64,000 bases of DNA from an uncultured Nitrososphaerales archaeon (GCA_963695855.1 CAVOHZ010000010.1:384001-448000); one strand, 5' to 3'; shown: positions 21,433 to 33,046, counted from the stretch's first letter. Notes: generated by a model from the sequence alone, not told the origin. Numbers and translations: made by a program.

Positions 21433-21900
21433 GTGCAATTAATATATTTCCAAGTGTCAGATTATTATGAAATTCTTGGGTTAGGTAAGGATGCAACTCA
21501 AAACGAGATTAAAAAAGCTTTCAGAAATTTAGCGTTAAAATATCATCCAGACAAGAACAAGAATTCAGAAGACTCAAAGCATAAGTTTATGCAACTAATT
21601 GAAGCGTACGAAGTACTGTCTGACCAAAATTCGAAGGAAAAATATGATTATTCATTATTTAATAAGAGATTCATGAACAAAAATGAATATGCTTATAAAT
21701 CAGGATTCAACTGGGTTCCGTCAGCAGATTTTGAGCATTTCTATAGTTACGAGAATCTCAAAAGACGATATAAGCAGGAGAATTTTAGAGGAGGTATGTG
21801 GGATATTAATGAGAATGTCAATATGGGTTTGTGGAAGGCGACAATGATCTTATTTGGTGCGCTTGGTTTGTTAGCAATCTTCATAATATTAATAAATTAA
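21433..21900 (+). CDS. DnaJ-domain protein with C-terminal membrane anchor (start probably GTG 21454)
   Basis: DYYEILG, YHPDKN, AYEVLSD; hydrophobic C-terminus. Confidence 0.9.
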   Translation: MQLIYFQVSDYYEILGLGKDATQNEIKKAFRNLALKYHPDKNKNSEDSKHKFMQLIEAYEVLSDQNSKEKYDYSLFNKRFMNKNEYAYKSGFNWVPSADFEHFYSYENLKRRYKQENFRGGMWDINENVNMGLWKATMILFGALGLLAIFIILIN

Positions 21901-22377
21901 GATTATCAAGTTGAAAAACTGCTTCCTTCTAGATAATATTAGAAATTAAAAAATTAAATATTCTAACCCAAAGGATAAATGTTCAAAAAAATAGGGATGC
22001 AAATTGCGTTGATCTTTCTGCATTACTGGTTAGACTTGCACAGCAATAAATAAGATTATTTGTAATTAACCATATTGTACATTTAAATTTCATATCCAAA
22101 AATTAGATTTATTAATATTGAAATAATAAAATTCAAAAATATTTCTCGTGTAATTGTTTTCCAAACTTACTCTATATATTCATAAATATTAAAACAACTA
22201 TCAAAATCATCATAATCTTTCTTATTTACAATATATGGAAAATTAAGAAAATAAATAAGTATAGCAGAAAAAGATTAAAGTGGATAACGAACGAAAAAGG
22301 TTTTTTATACAATTTTATATAAAATATAAAAAAATATAAAAATATAAAATTATATTTTAACTGGAAAATAGTATCAT

Positions 22378-23724
22378 ATGGAGATGAAATCTGTTTTGAC
22401 CATTGCGGGAAGTGATCCTATTTCAGGTGCAGGTATACAGGCAGACCTAAAGACCTTTTCTACACTCGGAGTTTATGGATTTACTGCAATAACAGCAATA
22501 ACCGTCCAAAATACAAAAACTATTTCAAGAATTTTTCCTTTACCTTCTTATCTGATAGCAGAGCAGATAAAATCAATAATTAGCGATTCAAAACCAAACG
22601 CAATAAAGGTGGGGATGGTATATAATCGATCAATCATTTTTCAATTGCAAAAAATTCTAAAAGATATTACAGATATTCCGATTATAGTAGACCCCATTTT
22701 GATTTCTTCTACAAATACAAGATTGTTGATGAAAGAAGCATTGAATGATTTTGTAAAAAAATTGTTACCAATTTCAAATATTATCACACCAAATATTGCA
22801 GAAGCAGAAGAGATAACCAAGATAAGAATACGAAAAGAACAGAATCTAATTGAAGCACTGAAAATGATAAAGGAAATGGGTGCGAAGAATGTAGTAATAA
22901 AAAGTGCTCAACTAAAAAATGACAAGGTTATAGATATATTAATTGATAATGACAATATAATTTATAAATTTTCTAATCCAAAAAAACAAATACCCGAAAA
23001 TCATGGTTCTGGATGTAATTTTTCAGCAGCCCTCTCTGCGTTTACTGCAAAGGGTTATAGAGTCGATAAGGCATGTAAATTGGCAAACAAGTTTATCCAG
23101 CAAGTTTTTGAAAAAAGCATTCTAGTAATTGGTAAAGGATTGCCTGTTGCAGACGCTGGTTTTGCCAACTATTATGATTCAATGAAATATAACGTTTTAG
23201 TAGAATTATCCAAGGCAGTGCGGGATTTCGAGAATATTAAGAACGTAGGTGTATTGATCCCTGAAACGCAGACTAACTTTGTTTACGCATTACCTGATGC
23301 TGAGAACATAGGAGATGTGGCAGGAGTCAAGGGTAGAATAGTGAAAATAGACTCTGCAGCTAAGGCTTCGTCTTGTGTAGAATTCGGTACTTCAAGACAT
23401 GTTGCGACTGCAGTCCTAACATATATGCAGATAGACAAATCAATTAGATCTGCAATCAATTTAAGATTTAATGAAAAAATTATAGATATAGGTAAATCTT
23501 TTTTAAAAATTGTCCAATATGATAGAACTAAAGAACCGATAGAGATTAAAAGAAAAGAAGGATCTTCAATCCGATGGGGAATACAGTCCTGCTTATTACA
23601 AGAAAAAGATGCAAGGATGATATTTCATCAAGGGGATATTGGAAAAGAGCCCATGATAATTTTATTTGCAGATAACCCAAAGAAGATTATAAAATATATA
23701 AAAAAAATAATTAATGAATACTAA
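22378..23724 (+). CDS. thiDN: Bifunctional HMP/HMP-P kinase - thiamine-phosphate synthase (ThiD-ThiN)
   Basis: IAGSDPISGAGIQAD, HGSGC; ThiN part IPETQTN, VKGRI, FGTSRHVA, GKEPMI. Confidence 0.93.
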   Translation: MEMKSVLTIAGSDPISGAGIQADLKTFSTLGVYGFTAITAITVQNTKTISRIFPLPSYLIAEQIKSIISDSKPNAIKVGMVYNRSIIFQLQKILKDITDIPIIVDPILISSTNTRLLMKEALNDFVKKLLPISNIITPNIAEAEEITKIRIRKEQNLIEALKMIKEMGAKNVVIKSAQLKNDKVIDILIDNDNIIYKFSNPKKQIPENHGSGCNFSAALSAFTAKGYRVDKACKLANKFIQQVFEKSILVIGKGLPVADAGFANYYDSMKYNVLVELSKAVRDFENIKNVGVLIPETQTNFVYALPDAENIGDVAGVKGRIVKIDSAAKASSCVEFGTSRHVATAVLTYMQIDKSIRSAINLRFNEKIIDIGKSFLKIVQYDRTKEPIEIKRKEGSSIRWGIQSCLLQEKDARMIFHQGDIGKEPMIILFADNPKKIIKYIKKIINEY

Positions 23725-23963
23725 TAATCATTGATTGCAATTAAAGCTTCAGACAGAAATAGATCACATTTTTTAAAAATTATTATATTTTTGAGATAGG
23801 AACTGATTTTATATCTTTAATTATCTCTTTTACGATTTATCATTCATTCATAATAAATTGTATTAAATGTTCCGCTGCTCTCTTTTGTTTTAATTCTCTC
23901 TTCTCTTATTGAAATAATATGTTAAAAGTATATTAATTTAGTATTTACTAAAGTTACTAAAAA

Positions 23964-24671
23964 ATGCAGGCCGTAATACTTGCTGGTGGCCTTGGCACCA
24001 GATTGCAACCCTATACCTTCTTTATTCCTAAGCCAATGTTACCACTAGGAAATAAACCATTATTAGAACATCTCGTAGAATGGGTTGCAAGTACCAAAAT
24101 TATTGATGAAATAATTATCTGTGTTAGTTATTTACATAGAACTATTGAGGATTATTTTGAAGACGGTGGAAGGTTGGGAATAAGAATTTCATATGCACGT
24201 TCTGAAAGGCCTCTAGCAACAGCTGGTCAGTTAAAGACAACTGAAAAATTACTTAAGGGTAGGTTTGTTTGTTTATACGGAGATTCTATTTATGACTTTA
24301 ATTTAGAACAAATGATAAACGAACATGAACGGTCCAAGGCCTTTCTTTCGATGGCCTTAATGCAATATAAAACTAGGTTGAAATATGGATTTATTGAAGT
24401 ACAAAAAAAAAATAAAATAGTTACAGGATGGAGAGAGAAACCAGAAGTAGAAGGATTGATAAACATTGGATGTTATGTCATGGAAAAGGAATTTCTAAGT
24501 TTTATTCCAAAATCAAGTACCATTGGAATGGACAAAATTGTTCAAAAAATAATAAGAAAAAATAAATGTATAAAGGCCTTTACTATAGACTCTGGATTTA
24601 TTGATATTGGGGATAAAAGATCATATTTAGAAACTTACAAAGAGTTTACAAAGAAATTAGGAAAGATATAA
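23964..24671 (+). CDS. Sugar-phosphate nucleotidyltransferase
   Basis: ILAGGLGTRLQP..PKPMLP, FIDIG. Confidence 0.92.
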   Translation: MQAVILAGGLGTRLQPYTFFIPKPMLPLGNKPLLEHLVEWVASTKIIDEIIICVSYLHRTIEDYFEDGGRLGIRISYARSERPLATAGQLKTTEKLLKGRFVCLYGDSIYDFNLEQMINEHERSKAFLSMALMQYKTRLKYGFIEVQKKNKIVTGWREKPEVEGLINIGCYVMEKEFLSFIPKSSTIGMDKIVQKIIRKNKCIKAFTIDSGFIDIGDKRSYLETYKEFTKKLGKI

Positions 24672-24847
24672 TGCTAAATTTACAGCAATCAAAATTTGTC
24701 CTAACATTTTTTTTATTTTATGGAGGTAATTTGCTAATAATCCCATTTTGTTTCTATTTTAATAAAAACAAACATGAAAGTGCAAAAAGAATTATTAATA
24801 TACAACCAAGATGTTATATTTTTTACAAATAAAGAAGGGGAATTGAC

Positions 24848-25204
24848 TTGTTCAAAGAAAATGATAGCCATTTTGATAAGTCTGGCTCAGATATTAGCCC
24901 ACAATATTACGTAAGAAAAATGCGTTATCAAGGATCATTAATGATAAATATTTGTGATGAAAATTTGTTGGGAAAGACAATTAAAGATGAATCGGTAAAT
25001 ATTGAGATTACAAGAGATTTTTTTAATGAATTAATGAGTGAAGAAGACATTCAATATTTACTTAAAAGATGTTCCATAGCGAATTTAATTGGCGAGAACG
25101 TAATTAAAAAGACATTAAAGTTAGGATTAGCAAAGAAAGATAGTGTCAAGGTTATTTCAGATATACCTTTTTTAATGATTTACACATTTCAGGGAAACTA
25201 CTAG
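24848..25204 (+). CDS. DUF424 family protein
   Basis: NICDENLLGK, SIANLIGE, ISDIPF. Confidence 0.85.
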   Translation: MFKENDSHFDKSGSDISPQYYVRKMRYQGSLMINICDENLLGKTIKDESVNIEITRDFFNELMSEEDIQYLLKRCSIANLIGENVIKKTLKLGLAKKDSVKVISDIPFLMIYTFQGNY

Positions 25205-25317
25205 ATAAAATTATATATCCTGAAAAAAAATTTAATAAAAATCACATATTTTTAATACATCCAAATAAATGAATATTTTATAAGTAATATTTTATTAATT
25301 TATCTAGGGGAAAAATA

Positions 25318-25875
25318 GTGAGTTATCAAAGAAGTATCAGAATTCAGAAGGATAGAATTGGAGCCATAATTGGCAAGAAAGGATCTACAAAACAAGAAAT
25401 TCAAAAAAAGTTTAACGTAGAAATAGAAATAGATGGCGATTATGGTGATATTACCCTAAAATCCAAAGGAGACGATTTAAACGTTCTAGACATAAACAAG
25501 GCAATGGAAATAATTACTGCTATATCAAAGGGTTTTTCTCCAGAAAGGGCATTCAATCTATTTAATGAAGACAACATACTTGAGGTTATTGATCTCAGAA
25601 ACTTTGTGGGAAGATCAGAAAATGGCTTATCTAGAATAAAAAGTAGATTAATAGGAGAGAAAGGAAAATCGAGAAGAACCATAGAAGAGTTGTCGGAAGC
25701 ATATATTTCAATTTATGGTCATACAATTAGTTTGATAGGAACCTCCGAACAAATAAGACTTGCCTCAGAGGCTATAAACATGATATGTTCTGGAAGATCT
25801 CACAAAATAGTCTATAATTTCCTTCAGGAAACAAGGAGAAAGGCAAAGATCGAAAGGATGAAACTATGGGAGTAA
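25318..25875 (+). CDS. KH-domain rRNA-processing protein (Dim2/Pno1)
   Basis: RIGAIIGKKG, GFSPERA, RLIGEKGKSRRTIEE. Confidence 0.93.
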   Translation: MSYQRSIRIQKDRIGAIIGKKGSTKQEIQKKFNVEIEIDGDYGDITLKSKGDDLNVLDINKAMEIITAISKGFSPERAFNLFNEDNILEVIDLRNFVGRSENGLSRIKSRLIGEKGKSRRTIEELSEAYISIYGHTISLIGTSEQIRLASEAINMICSGRSHKIVYNFLQETRRKAKIERMKLWE

Positions 25876-26111
25876 AAGTTTATGTAAAACTGTATCAGTT
25901 TCAAGGTAAACATAAATTAGAGTTTTGAAAATTGAAAGGGCTATAGGTGTATAATTAACCAAGTACACAGATAGACGAATATACAATCTGAAACGCATAT
26001 TTTACATGATACATGAATTCATAAATATTCAATATATGAAAAAATTATTAACCGTCTTGTATTGTTTATTTGCCTCATTATATGGAAACATTTAAAACGT
26101 TAAAATTATAA

Positions 26112-26690
26112 CTACACAATTTCACTATTTGATTTTTTGTTGCCCCATCTTTTGAACAAATTATGTTCGATGTTAAATTGATCCAACACTTTTCCTACTA
26201 TATGAAAAATGATATCGTCCAATGAAGAAGGTTTGAAGTAGAATCCTGGCATCGCTGGCAAGACAGTAACACCCAATGCTGAAAGTTTGACCATGTTTTC
26301 CAGGTGAATTTTTGAAAGAGGGGTTTCTCTTGGCACTATAATCAATTTTCTATTTTCTTTGATACAAACATTTGCAGCTCTGGAAATCAAAGTATCATCA
26401 AATCCATTTGAAATGCTTGCAAGGGTTTTCATGCTGCAAGGAATTATTACCATTCCATCAGTTCTAAAAGAACCGCTTGAGATTGGAGCGGCCATATTTT
26501 TATTATCATAACAATAAGTAGCTAGGGTTTTTACCTTGCTAGGATCTGTCTCAGTCTCTATCTTAATGGTATTTGCACCCCATTCACTTAATATCAGGTG
26601 TGTTTCAATGTCAAGTAAACGTAAAGATTCCATTGTCTTGATTCCATAAATTACTCCCGAGCTACCTGTGATCCCGACTATTATCCTCAT
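26112..26690 (-). CDS. ubiX: Flavin prenyltransferase UbiX
   Basis: GITGSSG, ISSGS, PCSMKTL, PRETP, PAMPGFY. Confidence 0.95.
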   Translation of the reverse strand: MRIIVGITGSSGVIYGIKTMESLRLLDIETHLILSEWGANTIKIETETDPSKVKTLATYCYDNKNMAAPISSGSFRTDGMVIIPCSMKTLASISNGFDDTLISRAANVCIKENRKLIIVPRETPLSKIHLENMVKLSALGVTVLPAMPGFYFKPSSLDDIIFHIVGKVLDQFNIEHNLFKRWGNKKSNSEIV

Positions 26691-26792
26691 TATAACTTGA
26701 AAGTTAGAAGACCTATGATATGTACCTATCTTAGTTGCATAGAAGAATTAATTTTTATAATCCCCATATACCAAGATAAATCTATAATAAGG

Positions 26793-27689
26793 ATGCTTAC
26801 AATTTTTGGCACAATTGCTCTTGATACAACAAGAACTCATACAAGAACTGTAACAAGAATAATGGGAGGTGCTGCTACGTATTCATCTCTATCTGCATCG
26901 AAGTATGTGTCTACTAATATAGTTGGGATAATCGGTTCCGATTTTCCAATGAAATATAGGAAAATTTTGAATAATAATGTCAATACAAAAGGGATTGTGA
27001 TAAAAAAGAATGGAAAGACTTTCCATTATGATTCGTCATTTGACGAAACATTGACCATTAGAACATCAAACAAGACTGAATTGAATGTGATCGAAAATTT
27101 TCAACCTGTAATTCCAGAAGAATATATTGATTCAAAATTTATTTTTCTTGCCAACAACGATCCTGTTCAAAATATGAAAATGCTTGATTTATTTAGTGAC
27201 CCACAAATGGTTGTATGTGATACTATTGAATATTGGATTCATAATAAATTTGATGAAGTCGTGGAAATGATGAAAAGGGTAAATGGAATTATAATAGATG
27301 CACAAGAAGCACGTTTGCTCACTAAAGAGCATAATTTGATAAAATGTGCGAAGAAAATAAGAGAGATGGTAAGAGATTTTGTAATTATCAAAAAAGGAGA
27401 ACATGGTTCCATGTTGTTTTATAATGATATCATTTTTTTATCACCCGCATTTCCGATCGAAATCGTGGTCGACCCCACAGGCGCAGGTGATTGTTTTGCA
27501 GGTGGATTTTTAGGTTATCTTGCAAAGAATAGAAAGATAAGTGAAAAAGCCATGAAAGAGGGTGCGGTTTATGGAAATATAATGGGATCGTTCGTTGTAG
27601 AAGATTATGGAGTGAACAGAATGATAGACTTGACAAATAAAGATATTGAGGAAAGAGTTTATTTGTATAAGAGGTTTGTCGATCTGTAA
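26793..27689 (+). CDS. PfkB/ribokinase family carbohydrate kinase (start ATG 26793)
   Basis: GGAATY, KKGEHG, DPTGAGDCFAGG. Confidence 0.92.
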   Translation: MLTIFGTIALDTTRTHTRTVTRIMGGAATYSSLSASKYVSTNIVGIIGSDFPMKYRKILNNNVNTKGIVIKKNGKTFHYDSSFDETLTIRTSNKTELNVIENFQPVIPEEYIDSKFIFLANNDPVQNMKMLDLFSDPQMVVCDTIEYWIHNKFDEVVEMMKRVNGIIIDAQEARLLTKEHNLIKCAKKIREMVRDFVIIKKGEHGSMLFYNDIIFLSPAFPIEIVVDPTGAGDCFAGGFLGYLAKNRKISEKAMKEGAVYGNIMGSFVVEDYGVNRMIDLTNKDIEERVYLYKRFVDL

Positions 27690-27781
27690 TAACAAGTCTT
27701 TCGTTTTTAAATTGTTTTTATTTTTTACCTTTTAAAATTACAAAATAAATTCTATCAACTAGTCTGAATTAATTTACGTAC

Positions 27782-28624
27782 TTAGTTTGTCACATGTGTA
27801 TATTGAAATCGTTTGTTTTTTCTAATTTCTTTTAAAAGATAATCAGTTTTTTGTATGGGACTTTTAGAGTGCAAGATGAATCTGCCCACGATTAAATAAT
27901 CGGCTCCGGAATTGATTGTCTTGGTTAGATTTCCTCCTTGATTTAATAATCCTGGAGAATAAATTGGTATTTCTGCTCTGTCTAAAGTTGATATTTCCTT
28001 TATTATTTCCGTTCTCGTAGCACCAATAACAAACCCATCAGCATTGCTGGATTTACCATAATTATAAAATAGATTATAAATGTACATAAATTTATTTTTG
28101 TTTGAATGTTTTTCACATTTATGGAATATCGAATCGGGCAGATTTGAGGTTACGATCTTTAACCCATATCCTTCTATTGCACCGGGATGACTCATAAACA
28201 ACAGACAGATAACACCGAAGTTAGAAGAATGAGCATAATCAATGAGAGATTTGGTCTCGGTAATTCCTATAAATGGATTCATTATTACTGCGTCAAATCC
28301 CAAATCGCATAATCTGTTAACCGTTATCTTATTAGTATTTTCAATATCATTTAGTTTTATGTCTGCGATTACCTGAAGATTATTTTCTCGTGCAAATTTG
28401 TTTAAATCTAATATCTCTTTCCTTGATAAAGATAAAAGTAAATGAAAATTGACTTTCAGTGCACACAACTTTTCCCCTAAGTCTGAAATTAAAATATTGC
28501 ATCTTTGAAATAATGAATCATCAATACCCTCAAAATCTAATGCAAGGATAAGCGGACTTTGCTTTTCTAAAGATGAATAACGTATTCGAGATCGATATGG
28601 TTCTGAATAATTATTCATCATCAT
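27782..28624 (-). CDS. pyrF: Orotidine-5'-phosphate decarboxylase
   Basis: ILALD, ADIKLNDIENT, IGAT, SPG..QGG, IVGR. Confidence 0.9.
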   Translation of the reverse strand: MMMNNYSEPYRSRIRYSSLEKQSPLILALDFEGIDDSLFQRCNILISDLGEKLCALKVNFHLLLSLSRKEILDLNKFARENNLQVIADIKLNDIENTNKITVNRLCDLGFDAVIMNPFIGITETKSLIDYAHSSNFGVICLLFMSHPGAIEGYGLKIVTSNLPDSIFHKCEKHSNKNKFMYIYNLFYNYGKSSNADGFVIGATRTEIIKEISTLDRAEIPIYSPGLLNQGGNLTKTINSGADYLIVGRFILHSKSPIQKTDYLLKEIRKNKRFQYTHVTN

Positions 28625-29315
28625 TAATCACAAGAGGGTGTTCTTGGACTAGATGTACTACTTTTAGATATATGTATCCGTGTTCTTCTGTGTTATTTGT
28701 AAATATTGGTTTTTCAGATTTCTGGCTAGAATATTTTAGAAAATTGCCAGGTTCAAATTCTATATCCAAGTAATAATAATAAGTTAAACTATCATTATCC
28801 ATAAAATTTAATGATGACCCAATTGAGTATTTTCCATTCTTTTTATTCCTGAATGCAAAAATGGGCAATGGCGGTTCGTCATAAATAGTCTTATACGCGG
28901 CAACTTTTGCGAGGCTTGACAGGTCACGTAATTTTATTTTTGTATATGCCAGCTTTTTGCTCTTTCTTGAACTCTTTTCCATAACTGAGGGTAATTTTTC
29001 TATGTTAATGATTGGAGAATAAACATAGAGTGGATTTGAGGCAGTTTCAACTGGAAAGACAGTTTCAGTTGAACTTGTACATCTATATGCAAGGTACTGA
29101 TATGATGGTGATTGTACGCTACTTTGATCCTCAGGATATTTTACAAAATAGATTACAGGAATACCGCCAATGAATTCGGTTTGTACAGAAAAAATATGTA
29201 CATCCTTAAGATGAACGGAAAATAAAGGTAGAGGAGAGCGCTCTAAAGCGCAAACAAGTCTACCAAAATTATTTAAATTTAATATTTCAACGTAGAACGG
29301 TGATTTTAATTCCAA
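28611..29315 (-). CDS. Conserved hypothetical protein with internal two-fold duplication
   Basis: 234-aa ORF overlapping pyrF by 14 nt; two similar halves (see findings). Confidence 0.75.
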   Translation of the reverse strand: MELKSPFYVEILNLNNFGRLVCALERSPLPLFSVHLKDVHIFSVQTEFIGGIPVIYFVKYPEDQSSVQSPSYQYLAYRCTSSTETVFPVETASNPLYVYSPIINIEKLPSVMEKSSRKSKKLAYTKIKLRDLSSLAKVAAYKTIYDEPPLPIFAFRNKKNGKYSIGSSLNFMDNDSLTYYYYLDIEFEPGNFLKYSSQKSEKPIFTNNTEEHGYIYLKVVHLVQEHPLVINDDE

Positions 29316-29599
29316 GCAACTATCTTCAAAGATGTAGGTAATTAATATTTATGCAAAATTTCCTAGTTGAGATGAAATTTACTCCTGGTCAGCCATTCGC
29401 AGAATTTTTTCTCTGTTTATGATTTACTTATTTAAATTTATCTAAATTTTACTATTGCTCTAGAATATTAAAATTCAAAATTTAGAATGGATCAGAATTT
29501 TACAATCAATTTCTATCTTTGTCAGATGAAAATGGTCAGAATTTTAGCTTTAGTTATCTATTAAAAGTATAAAGTACCTAATACGATAAGGAAATAAAC

Positions 29600-29944
29600 T
29601 TGAAGTGCCAACTACTAGATATGACAAATTGTAATGATTGTGGTACTGAACTTCCTTTAAACTCAAAATTCTGTCTTAATTGCGGAACACAAATAGGAAT
29701 AAAAAAAGATGTCTACCAAGTCTCAGGAGAAAATCTTATCGGAAAGGTTAAAGAGATGATGCAGGCTGCAAATGTTAGGAAAATTATAGTAAAAGATGAA
29801 AAGGGTAAGGTAATGCTTTCCATTCCAATTACTTGGGGTACAGCTGGTATCGTAGCAACAATTGCGTTGGCACCGTGGCTTGCTGCATTAGGGGTTATTG
29901 CAGGTTTTGTAACGAGATGCACAGTAGAGGTAGAAAAAGCCTAA
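29600..29944 (+). CDS. Zinc-ribbon plus DUF4342-like membrane protein
   Basis: CNDCG..KFCLNCG; ANVRKIIVK..IP..G..LAPWLAALG..CTVEVEK. Confidence 0.8.
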   Translation: MKCQLLDMTNCNDCGTELPLNSKFCLNCGTQIGIKKDVYQVSGENLIGKVKEMMQAANVRKIIVKDEKGKVMLSIPITWGTAGIVATIALAPWLAALGVIAGFVTRCTVEVEKA

Positions 29945-30100
29945 ATGTTAGGATAAAAGTGGAATTTCTTTTTAAAGATTAAATCAAAAAGAGACAGTAT
30001 TATTATCCTCATATGATCTTATGATATATTTTTGAGTTTATAAGCAATTAAATGATTATCAATATATTGTTGGCTTGTAGATTTATCAACGATATTTATA

Positions 30101-30661
30101 ATGAATGGTGGTGGCGACAATGACGGTAGGATCAGAGAAATTATAAATAACAGTATCCAATATCTTCAAATTTATCTTGACAACTTAAATGATGGTCAAA
30201 AAATTGCAAGTTCCAAAAATATGGAAAATAATAAAAAACCAATTATAAAACAAAATGAGAAAAATGAAAAAAATAAAAGTTATTGTAATTATCAACATGC
30301 AATTCAAACTCCAAAGACAAAGACAAAGACGAACAATCCCGTAAATAATAAAATAATATATGAACAAGAAAAAACTGTGAATGAGAATGAATACAATATA
30401 TGGAAAGCATACAGCTGGATTGAATATTCTATACTGCAGCTCAGATTAAAAAAATACAATTTAATGGATACTTATTCCACTGATAAGATCGCTAGTAAAA
30501 AAAATAGTAGAAAGATTGTAGATAATAAAAAGGTGGTTATCGAATTAAAGCAACACTTGCAAAATTTGGATTATGATAATCATGAATCTCTTTTAAATAA
30601 TTTAAGAGAAATCAGAAATAATTTAAAGATAATCGTAAAAAAAACAACGCTTAAAAGATAA
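30101..30661 (+). CDS. Hypothetical protein
   Basis: 186-aa ORF with helical IWKAYSWIEYSILQLRL segment. Confidence 0.6.
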   Translation: MNGGGDNDGRIREIINNSIQYLQIYLDNLNDGQKIASSKNMENNKKPIIKQNEKNEKNKSYCNYQHAIQTPKTKTKTNNPVNNKIIYEQEKTVNENEYNIWKAYSWIEYSILQLRLKKYNLMDTYSTDKIASKKNSRKIVDNKKVVIELKQHLQNLDYDNHESLLNNLREIRNNLKIIVKKTTLKR

Positions 30662-30787
30662 ATTGGTTGGTATTCCTATTTTTCAAGTTTATTATTAATT
30701 AGGCCGGGACGCTATTCTTTTTCTATAGATAACACGTATAGTATAGATTGTTGAAGTATGTCTGAATTATTGAATAATTTTGTAATC

Positions 30788-31792
30788 CTATTTCCTTCTA
30801 TCTATCACAGCATTTACGTCCGCACCGGTTCCAATTAGAACTACCTTAAGACCCAGTTCTGACTCGATGTTTTCAATAAAATTTCGTGCATCGATTGAAA
30901 GTTTTGTATATTCCGTAATTCCTGCAGTCTGAGGGTATAAAACATCCATTTTTGTTATAGCAAGACTAGTTGCACCATTGAGACGAATCGCTTTCTTTGC
31001 CATCTCGATATTAAAGGGTGACGACCTCCGTTCCCGTCCAGTAACACTTCCAAATTCCAACCATCCTCGCTTGACAGCCTCATCTCTATTCAATTCATTT
31101 TCTAATGGACCTGCACCTACTCTGGTAACATAAGATTTGAATACGACCAAGACGTCATCTACATTTTTTGGACCAATGCCCACATCCGCACATATAGAGG
31201 ATGCAGTTACATCTTTTGATGTGACGAATGGATAGCCACCGTGAAATAGTGAGAGAAAAGTTCCTTGTGTCCCTTCTATAAGAACATCTTCTTTTTTGTC
31301 CAAATGGTAATGGATCATCGAGCTAACATCAGAAATATAATCTTTTAATTCATCCTGATCCTTGGCTAATGTTAATATTCGTAAAGCTCTGTCGGAATTT
31401 GCAGGTCCAGTACCTGTACCAGTCGTTCCTATATTATTTTTCAAATGGTTTGTAGAAAGATCCTTTCGAATATGTTCTTTGGAAATTATACCGCAATTTC
31501 CATCAATAAAGGTTCTTTTGTGTGCATTAAATGATGTAATTTCTTGAATCAATACTTCGGGATTAACTAAAACCCCTGCACCAATTGCCAATTTCGTCTT
31601 TGTATTGAGAGCAGCACTAGGCAGCATCCTAACTTTGAATGTCTTGTCACCCACTACAAAGGTATGACCGGCGTTGGGTCCCACTCCACCTCTTGCTGCA
31701 AGACTAGTATTATCCTTATTTACAATATAAGCTACAATCTTTCCTTTACCTTCGTCGCCAAAAAATCCGCCGACAACTACAATACATCCCAT
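30788..31792 (-). CDS. purA: Adenylosuccinate synthetase (short archaeal type)
   Basis: FGDEGKGK, GPNAGHT, EGTQG, YPFVTS, TRVGAGP, VTGRERR. Confidence 0.97.
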   Translation of the reverse strand: MGCIVVVGGFFGDEGKGKIVAYIVNKDNTSLAARGGVGPNAGHTFVVGDKTFKVRMLPSAALNTKTKLAIGAGVLVNPEVLIQEITSFNAHKRTFIDGNCGIISKEHIRKDLSTNHLKNNIGTTGTGTGPANSDRALRILTLAKDQDELKDYISDVSSMIHYHLDKKEDVLIEGTQGTFLSLFHGGYPFVTSKDVTASSICADVGIGPKNVDDVLVVFKSYVTRVGAGPLENELNRDEAVKRGWLEFGSVTGRERRSSPFNIEMAKKAIRLNGATSLAITKMDVLYPQTAGITEYTKLSIDARNFIENIESELGLKVVLIGTGADVNAVIDRRK

Positions 31793-31930
31793 AAAAGGTA
31801 GTAAAAATCTTCTATATTTATTTCATGATTTAAAGGACAGAAGATATATTCTTCGTAGCATACCGGCTTTTTATTTTCAAAAAGCCTTAAAAGGAATTAC
31901 ATATATTAGCAAAGGCAGTTAATATTTTTA

Positions 31931-32392
31931 GTGTCTGCAACTCCCCAAACAACTGAAAATGTTATAGAGATTCTAGCTAATCTGCAAGTTTTTTTACGAA
32001 AACCAATAATAAAAAATAAACTAATAGATTTTTATAAATTAGAGAAAGATGATCAAATCGAAATAATTGATTTAGTATTGGAATCCATACCAAATGTAGA
32101 TGTCAATAAAATTCAAGAATTAATTACAACGTGGTTCGAAGTTCTCTCAAAGTTTGATAATAAAAAAATTACATATATGATGCAGATCTATCTTGAAGAA
32201 ATAGTCAAAAGATCTGATCTGATTTCTAAATTAATTCCGCCTGTAATTAAAGCAATAAAGAATTTGAAGGAAGATGAAAAAGAGATACTAAGAATTTGCT
32301 TCTTGGAAACATTATTTACTATTAGTTTTCGAAAAGAGATTATTAAAAGCCTTGATATTTCGTCACTTGATTTATTAAAGATTGCAAAATAA
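31931..32392 (+). CDS. Hypothetical helical protein
   Basis: 153-aa ORF divergent from purA. Confidence 0.65.
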   Translation: MSATPQTTENVIEILANLQVFLRKPIIKNKLIDFYKLEKDDQIEIIDLVLESIPNVDVNKIQELITTWFEVLSKFDNKKITYMMQIYLEEIVKRSDLISKLIPPVIKAIKNLKEDEKEILRICFLETLFTISFRKEIIKSLDISSLDLLKIAK

Positions 32393-32477
32393 AGATTCTA
32401 AATTAACTAAACTAACTGCTAAATATCATATATACATAAATTTTTTAAAAAAAGATAAAAAAAGTGAGAAAGGTTGT

Positions 32478-32858
32478 CTATGGTTGAAGCAGTTTTATTG
32501 CTTCATTGGCATGCATTAATGCAGAATCTTTGTTTCCGTCTTTTACCATTTTAATAGCCGCTTCTACTCTCTTTTCTGCAGTTTTATCTGTCATATCCTC
32601 CATCAAGCCCTCAACTTGAATAAGAAGTTTTTTTGCCTGATTTGTATCATCATTATTTATTGCCGCAATCGCATCTTGTATTAATTTAATTTCTTCAGAA
32701 AATTGGCCACTTTGAGCCACATCAACTGAATTGGTTGTGTTCTCATTTTGGGAGAATGAAGGTACAGTATTGTTTGCTGATAGCAAAAATGCAAATGCTA
32801 ATACTGTTGCACTTATTCCTGATAAAATTTTTTTTGTATACATAAAAAAAGGGTACAT
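32478..32858 (-). CDS. Secreted helical-bundle hypothetical protein
   Basis: Signal-peptide-like N-terminus (KKILSGISATVLAFAFLLSA). Confidence 0.7.
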   Translation of the reverse strand: MYPFFMYTKKILSGISATVLAFAFLLSANNTVPSFSQNENTTNSVDVAQSGQFSEEIKLIQDAIAAINNDDTNQAKKLLIQVEGLMEDMTDKTAEKRVEAAIKMVKDGNKDSALMHANEAIKLLQP

Positions 32859-33046
32859 ATAATCGATATATATACATTTCTCATTTCATAGATTATTGTT
32901 ACCATTTGATCGATAATTAACAACATATTAATATATTTATTAATGGCGTTATATTTTCTACAGTTACAAAATAAAATAAGGATAAAAAATGATCCTGGAA
33001 CACTATCGTTGTTACACCATTGTCTTGATCCAAGACACATAGTAAG

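Noticed and set aside
19866-22377. TPP riboswitch upstream of thi4 or thiDN
   Set aside because: No CTGAGA/AGCGT-type core seen; both leaders are plain AT-rich promoter sequence.
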